From NCBI GenBank assembly GCA_030770535.1, contig JASVEC010000002.1:1488001-1552000 (forward strand): 64,000 nucleotides of DNA, given 5' to 3'. A model generated the notes under the pieces. It searched no databases. It was not told the DNA's origin and worked only from the letters and a program-made list of their open reading frames with translations. Positions 57,506-64,000 of this stretch are shown here, in pieces; the stretch's first letter is position 1; each line of letters begins with the position of its first letter. The translations under genes were made by a program, and so were the position numbers. This stretch comes from Batkoa obscura. Its lineage: Eukaryota.

Positions 57506-59332
57506 TCAAGTATAAATATTATTAATTGTGGTAGAGGATACAATTGATATCAATTTTGAAGGTACTAAATTTCTAGAGTAATTGACATCAGGGCAAGTAA
57601 AAGATAAGGAACAATAATTAAATGGACGAGCATAAAAAGAACACAATAATAAGTTAAATTTTAAGGGACAGGTTTCTAATTTTAAATTTAAATCAAAAAT
57701 AGACTTTTTCTCAGCAACTTCTAATCGGTTCTCTTTTTGACAAAAGAAATAATTGGATTTATCTGGATTATTAATACTTTTTAATGTATAACTCTCGGGA
57801 CATTTTAAAGTAATACTACTATCTAGTAATTTTACTTCACTATTTTTGTAAATCAAAAATAATAAATCTTTATCTAAACAATAATATCTTGATACATTAA
57901 ATGCATCATTAAATTGGATTAATAATTGATAATCATAGCATTTCAGTCCATTTTTACTAACAATATTATATTTATAAATTGGACATTTATCTTCTTTTAA
58001 ACAAAGATAATAACTTTTAAAATCGTTAAAAAAATTACCCTCACATTTACTAGGTTTATGACCCATAGGACATTTGTCTAATTCTATATCAAAATCATAA
58101 AATCCATTTCCTTTATTATTATATTCATTTAATTGACAATAAAAATAGTTGATTCCTTTTAAATTACTAAATACTCTTAATCGATACCCAACATCACATC
58201 CTTTTTCTAATATCAGTTTTAGTTCTCTATTTCCCATTTCTATCAAACTATTAACATCTTCTTCTTTTAACAATCTAATATCTTTTCCTGAATCTATTGA
58301 ATTTAGTATTTTATCTTTTGTAATTATAGATGATGTATTATTTCCTGTTTTAATTTCATTGCTCACTTCATTACCTTTACCAAACGTACCAGTAATTAAA
58401 GATAATTTTGATTCATCCTCTTTAGTTTTATCAAGTTTCGTATTATTAAGATTGGTTGGTGTTACTATTGTTGTATTATTAATAGCTATTGTAGCTGTTG
58501 AATTAGTTACTGTTCCTTTTTTAGAATCTGTTTTAGATGTATCATTGCTTGCTCTATCTTTCTCTCCTTTATCTAAAGAATTACCAGGACCGCCATCTTT
58601 CCCATTTTTATCTAAAATAGTATTGTCTACAACTTTAAATGCCCCAACTTCAGTTAATGTAATATCACTAGAATTATTTAAACTATTACCACTAGTCTTA
58701 TTAACTGAATGATTGTTATTACTTGATGGATCTTTACTCTCTTTTCCTTTGATGTTATTGCTACTATTATCGAATTCCTCTTTTTTATTATCTTTTCTTA
58801 GACTACCTTCAATATAACCTTCTCCGCCAAAACATTCTTTATCTTTATTATTGCAAATAGCATTTAATTCACATAAATATACTTGTTTTTCCTTTAATGA
58901 AAATTGATTTAATCTATAACCTATTGGGCATTGTTCTATTTTAGGATCAAATATAGATAAACTAACATCTGAATGAATACTAGCATTCTTCCTACATCGA
59001 TAAAACTTTTGATTCAACTCATTTAAAGACAATATTAGTGAATAACCTAATTCACATCTAGGTTCTCCTAATATTATTGGAATTGAATCACTTTTATCAT
59101 TGTTATCTAAACATTTAGCTGTTTGTAATTGTTTATTAACAATTAAACTTAGAACGGTATTTTGTGGGCATTGTAAGGGAAAAGATAATGGACATATGAG
59201 TTGTGTGGTACAGATGGAAGCTTGTTTTCCACTATCAAAATCCAAACAGTTTTGTAAACGTTGATCGGAAGGGCAATGAAAAGCAGCTTTGTAGAGTAAA
59301 ATATTAGTTGATAATAATAAGAGTAATTTCAT
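57506..59332 (-). CDS. Secreted Cys-rich repeat protein of unknown function
   Basis: Signal peptide; about ten C-P-x-G-Y-x-L...Y-x-C modules around a central N/S/T/K linker. Confidence 0.85.
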   Translation of the reverse strand: MKLLLLLSTNILLYKAAFHCPSDQRLQNCLDFDSGKQASICTTQLICPLSFPLQCPQNTVLSLIVNKQLQTAKCLDNNDKSDSIPIILGEPRCELGYSLILSLNELNQKFYRCRKNASIHSDVSLSIFDPKIEQCPIGYRLNQFSLKEKQVYLCELNAICNNKDKECFGGEGYIEGSLRKDNKKEEFDNSSNNIKGKESKDPSSNNNHSVNKTSGNSLNNSSDITLTEVGAFKVVDNTILDKNGKDGGPGNSLDKGEKDRASNDTSKTDSKKGTVTNSTATIAINNTTIVTPTNLNNTKLDKTKEDESKLSLITGTFGKGNEVSNEIKTGNNTSSIITKDKILNSIDSGKDIRLLKEEDVNSLIEMGNRELKLILEKGCDVGYRLRVFSNLKGINYFYCQLNEYNNKGNGFYDFDIELDKCPMGHKPSKCEGNFFNDFKSYYLCLKEDKCPIYKYNIVSKNGLKCYDYQLLIQFNDAFNVSRYYCLDKDLLFLIYKNSEVKLLDSSITLKCPESYTLKSINNPDKSNYFFCQKENRLEVAEKKSIFDLNLKLETCPLKFNLLLCSFYARPFNYCSLSFTCPDVNYSRNLVPSKLISIVSSTTINNIYT

Positions 59333-60511
59333 GTTATTATTATTTTGAAATATTAACAGATATTTCTTGAATATTTGAATTTTTATTTTTTATTTTTTAT
59401 TTTTTATTTTTGGTAAGTTTTTAGCTTTTTATAAAGTTCAAGTTGATCCTTACTTTGATCGACTGATAGTGATAAACTTTTGGTTGTAAAATTGAAATTA
59501 TTTTATTTTTTGTTTTTTTAAAGTGATTTCATTATATTATATTATATATTATATACCATGATTTAATGCTCTATTTCAATGTAACATCTTTAGTTAATAG
59601 TAACTTTATTTGTAAGTTTATCAGAAAGTTGTTACAATAATTACTTGTCTTCAATGAAAATCCGTTTTATTAATAAGTCTAGTTTTAGACACTTTATTGA
59701 TAATATATTAAGTTTCAAATAAAAAGAAAGTATCCAAAAAAAATTAAACTTACACCTTTTTCACTAAGTTTTTATAGACCAGTCCCTCATGAACAACTAA
59801 GGCAAGTGGTTCAAATGAGGCATAGGGTATTAAAAAAGTTCATGAATTTAATCAAGTTTTAATATAATTTTAACAAAAAATGTTAAATTATTAGATATTG
59901 ACACATCTTAAAATCTTTTGCATAAAATAAAATTCTCTTTTGTTGAAAATGGTGGCACTTTTTTTATCAATACATCCCCCACCTTTTGTTCTGTCATTAG
60001 CTTACAATTATTCATATTTTGGTCTACAAAAGCTTTGTAAAAAGGGTAAAATTGAACAAAACAATCAAATACAATATAATTGATAAACAGTAATTTAAAG
60101 ACTTGACTTTAATATAAAACTATTAATTAAACTGAACTTTAGAAAACTTTAAAAACTAAAGTTGATTTTAAGAAATAATTGAGATTGTTTAAAAAACCAT
60201 AAATATCAATTGAATGTACTTGAAATTTCCATTTATAGAATATAATTAATCCTTTCTTTTTAAAATTGAATTTAATATTTGTTTTCTAAAATTAAAAAGT
60301 TAAAAAAACAAGACCATTAAAATAAAACTTCAAAAATTAATTATTGAAATTGACTTAAAATATAATATATAATAATTTCCATTTTAATTATATTTATCAA
60401 GAAACTCAATGCAAGTTACCTCACTGAAGAATAAAATATCAAATAAAAAAAGCCAACTCAATACATCGCAATAAATTGCTTCAATCTTACATTAATTTGA
60501 AAATTCAATCA

Positions 60512-63008
60512 TTACGTATGAAATCCATCCAATTCTACTTCCCTATCTAACATATTGCCATTGGCATTAAACGACCCATTAGCATGTTGTTTATTTTTGA
60601 CATTTTCTTTTGTGGCAGGACCTGAAATAGCTCTACCACCTAAGGCACCTGGATTTCCATATGGGAAAGTAGAAGACATAAATTCTTTCTTTTGTTTAAT
60701 AATAGTACGAGTAGTACGTATAGGTTCTCTTTCAGGTAAAATAGCTCCTCGACGACCAGCTCTTTGTTGTCTTCTTGTGCGTCGATTTTCTCTTTCCTGA
60801 ATTTTAGTTTGTCGTTGTAATTCAACTTCACTTATTTCCACTAAAAAGGGAGTAAAGCTTTCAGTTGCGTTTTTGTCTCGAATGGTATGCGTTATAGGTG
60901 GTAAAAACGATTTGCTTAAATTCACATCATTTACAGAATCTCCAGTGAAATTGTAGCCTAAGATACTTAATGATTTATGGAAGGTATAAACTTGCTCCCG
61001 TATTGAGTGTGCAATTGCTGTTCTATTGTAAATTTAGTATTTTCTTTCTTTAAATAAAACAATGACTTACTTGAATTCACCACCAAGCCCAAGATCATTT
61101 GCTAAATTTGAAGCAAATAATTCGGGTGAATTTAAGGGATTTAAAATATCCCACTCAAACTGATCTTCAAGTGAGACTCTACCTAAGGTGATATCCAACT
61201 GAAATAATCATTAAGATAAAAAATTTCAATGATGATATTATACTTACCTTAATTAAAATCCTTAATTCTTCCTCAATTTCATAGCTTTCTTTCTCTTTTT
61301 CTTTCTCTTTTTCTTTCTCTTTAATTTTAAACTGTTTAATTTTTTTATGACAATATAAACCATGTGTCCTATAATCTTTAATTTGGTCTTTTATAGAAGT
61401 TGAAACGGGATGAAAAAAAGCTTGATGTGGTAATTGTAAATCTTTTAACATAGTCTCAACAAACAAATCCACCGATATAAATTCATCATTCAAATTCCAT
61501 ACAAACGTATCACATAATCGTTGTCCACCTACTTCTAAATCTAACCGAATAGGTACTAATATCTCTTCTTGCTCTGCTATATCTTCTAATTGTTTTGTTA
61601 AACTAAAGATTTTGTTAATGGTTATAAATGAACAATAGTATAAAATCTTACTGTGGCGTATTTCTAAAGAATATAGGTCCTTCTTCAACATCATAACATA
61701 ACACACGGCTATTTTTGGATTCATCCGCTTTAAAATATTTAAATTTATTTGGATTTAAACCAAGATTTGGATTTAAATTTCCTCCCATTTTAAGTCTATT
61801 ACCAGCTCCCTTTTCTAAATAGATTTTTTTGTTGATTTCGTTTTGTGCTACCCCCATCGCTTGGTATTGAGTATCTTTATAACGATATAAAGCTACCCTT
61901 TTTTGTAAATGTTTAGAACTTTCATATCGAATCGCATCTTCTGAAAGTTCTACTTTGACTTTACTTTGTATTCCAATTGTAGATGGAGTTTGCTATAATT
62001 GTTTATTTAATGATATATAAATAGATTAAATTGATATTTACTATAGTATTATTGGTCTCAGTAGATACATTATTTGTATTTTGAACTTGAAACTCTTCTT
62101 TTGTAGGAGTTTGAAGATTTAGTGGTCGAATATTTCCAAAATTCATCACCTTTTTCCCTTCTATTAATAATGAGTTAACATATTGTTGATGTCTTATAAA
62201 ATCAAATATTACCATTTTTGGCCCTTTGGTTGTAAAGTTTAGCTTGATTTTGCATATCTCTTACTGCAAGCTGAGATTTAATAGCCTTAAAATATAAGCT
62301 TAATGTTTTATAATAGTGGTTGAATTACCTGATTTATTAAATTGGAGTCTTTATTTTGATTTTGAGGGAGATTGTTTGGTATGTTAGGATTGATAGCATA
62401 ATTCATATAATTGATAGGCTGTTGATACATATAATTGTTTGCTTGTGAGATATTAAAACTGGGAGGAAAGTTTTGGGTTTGGGGGTTCATATTGATTGGG
62501 ATTTGATTTAAAACCGGTTTATCATTATTCATAGAAATATTATTATTTCCCATATTACTAACATTTGGATCAGCTGGATTCCAGTTTTTAATGGCATTGT
62601 TTTGTGTTATGTTGCCACCGTTAACGTTCATAGTACTCCCTCCCATATTATTCATCATATTCATCGCATTCATTTGATTATACACTCCCATTCCCATTGC
62701 ATTTAAGTTATTTGGGTTCATTCCACCCATATTTTGAAGTCGGTTTCTCAATGCTAACTGATTCAAGCTAATTTTGTTATTATTTAATAATTTATCATTT
62801 AAAATATTATAATAGTGGCTACTTACTTAAAGTTATTCATTTGAGCTTGATTCATATTCTGAAAATTAATATTTGGTATATTATTAAATGGACTCATATT
62901 CGGTTGCCCTTGCATCAAGTTATTTTGGAAACCTTGGTTACCTTGATTCATGGGACTAAACTGTACATTTTGTTCATTTCCAATAGGTAGATTATTGTTC
63001 TGTTGCAT
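60512..63008 (-). CDS. SNF5: SWI/SNF subunit Snf5 (multi-exon; 3' end uncertain)
   Basis: Q/N/M-rich N-terminus; EEILVPIRLDLE..DTFVWNLND (Rpt1); ELRILIKLDI..DQFEWDI..NSPELFA..DLGLGGEFKTAIAHSIREQV (Rpt2). Confidence 0.92.
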
Positions 63009-63769
63009 TTTAAGCACTATTTTAACTTAACCTGATACTAGAGTCAAACTTTTTTTTGAAGGTTCAATATTTGAATTTTGTGTTTTTAAAGTGAACCTAA
63101 ATTGAGAGAGGAAGATTTAGTCAAAGGAATTAAATATTAGGACATGATCAAATATGGTCAAAGAAATTAAAAAGGGATGGTTTTAATTTAATTTCAATTT
63201 TGATTAAATTATTTAATAATTTAATAATTTAAATAAGTCATTTTTCATGATAACTTAAATTTTACCTTGATTTCAATTGTTTGAATTGAACTATAAGCAC
63301 AAAGTAATCTTTAGTTGTTATTCATTTTATTTTTGGTGGAGTAAAATGGACTCATTTGATTGGTTGAAATGGAATTTTAATAAGGAAATTAAATGCAAAG
63401 TGAGGTGGAGTCTAAAACATTGGTATTTGAGTATACAACGTTAGCCTACATCTTTAATTATTATCAATATTGTGTTAAAATGAAATAAAGTTTAGTTATT
63501 ATCTGTTACTATTCTTTAGTTTTTTTGTTTTATAGTTTATTGTTTGTATAATAGCAGTTTTAGACAAGTCAGATATAACAATTTGATTAAATTTAAAGGG
63601 GATAGTCAATATCAACAATGTATAATCATGAGTTTATTATATAAATTAAAAATCGATTAAAAAAGGCTACAAATAAATTTAAAAATACAAATTTGAACAT
63701 AATAAAATAGAAATACCAAACTTATTCTAAAAAAATAAACGTCTACTTTTAATTTTGAAAAAAATCCCT

Positions 63770-64000
63770 TTAATGACGCGATGGCCTTGGTTTGTTGGCC
63801 TTGATAAAACTGAAATACTTTTTATTAAGTGTTTTACCTTTCTTATTAAAGTCACTATCTGATTTATTCATTTCTCCATCAAACTCTTCGAACGCTAAGT
63901 TAGGTGGTAGTGAGTTTGTTGCTTCTATTTCTCTAATAAATTTCTCTATTCCATGGCCTTGCATAACGTCAAATTGATCCTTTTCATTAACATAAAATTC
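63770..64000 (-). CDS. 3' end of an unidentified gene running off the window
   Basis: Open frame from the window edge with ordinary protein composition. Confidence 0.5.
   Translation of the reverse strand, partial: EFYVNEKDQFDVMQGHGIEKFIREIEATNSLPPNLAFEEFDGEMNKSDSDFNKKGKTLNKKYFSFIKANKPRPSRH

Overview
Very AT-rich eukaryotic DNA with short (~45-60 nt) GT-AG introns. The gene content (secreted trypsin-family protease, secreted tyrosinase, multicopper oxidase, divergent Zn-cluster protein) looks like an early-diverging fungus, possibly Conidiobolus-like; the taxon is inferred, not shown. Housekeeping genes are MRPS9, RAD14/XPA, Hsp20, MOCS2A, NAA50, PRO3, an RRM protein, a Cdc16-like TPR protein, SNF5 and tRNA-Gln(CTG). 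Interspersed with them are 11 genes for secreted prepro-proteins of no family I recognise. They share a signal peptide, a Kex2-type L-x-R-R/KR site (degenerate in three) and a hydrophobic C-terminal [IL]-P-[IV]-[AVI]-G tail, intact in 7 and decayed into the 3' flank in 4. One subfamily should release peptides that begin with His (RR|HG[DE]ExHxxM). This includes a six-site polyprotein with Met-rich, copper-binding-like repeats. Nearby are two copper enzymes, a P450, an ODC homologue lacking its catalytic Cys and acidic substrate residues, and a protease with an internal LQRR insert. Repeats include about 21 copies of a ~98 bp GGGG..CCCC MITE with 4-bp TSDs, four ~463 bp TGT..ACA elements (two sharing a 200 bp identical tract) and a foldback element. 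All alignments and counts were made by eye.
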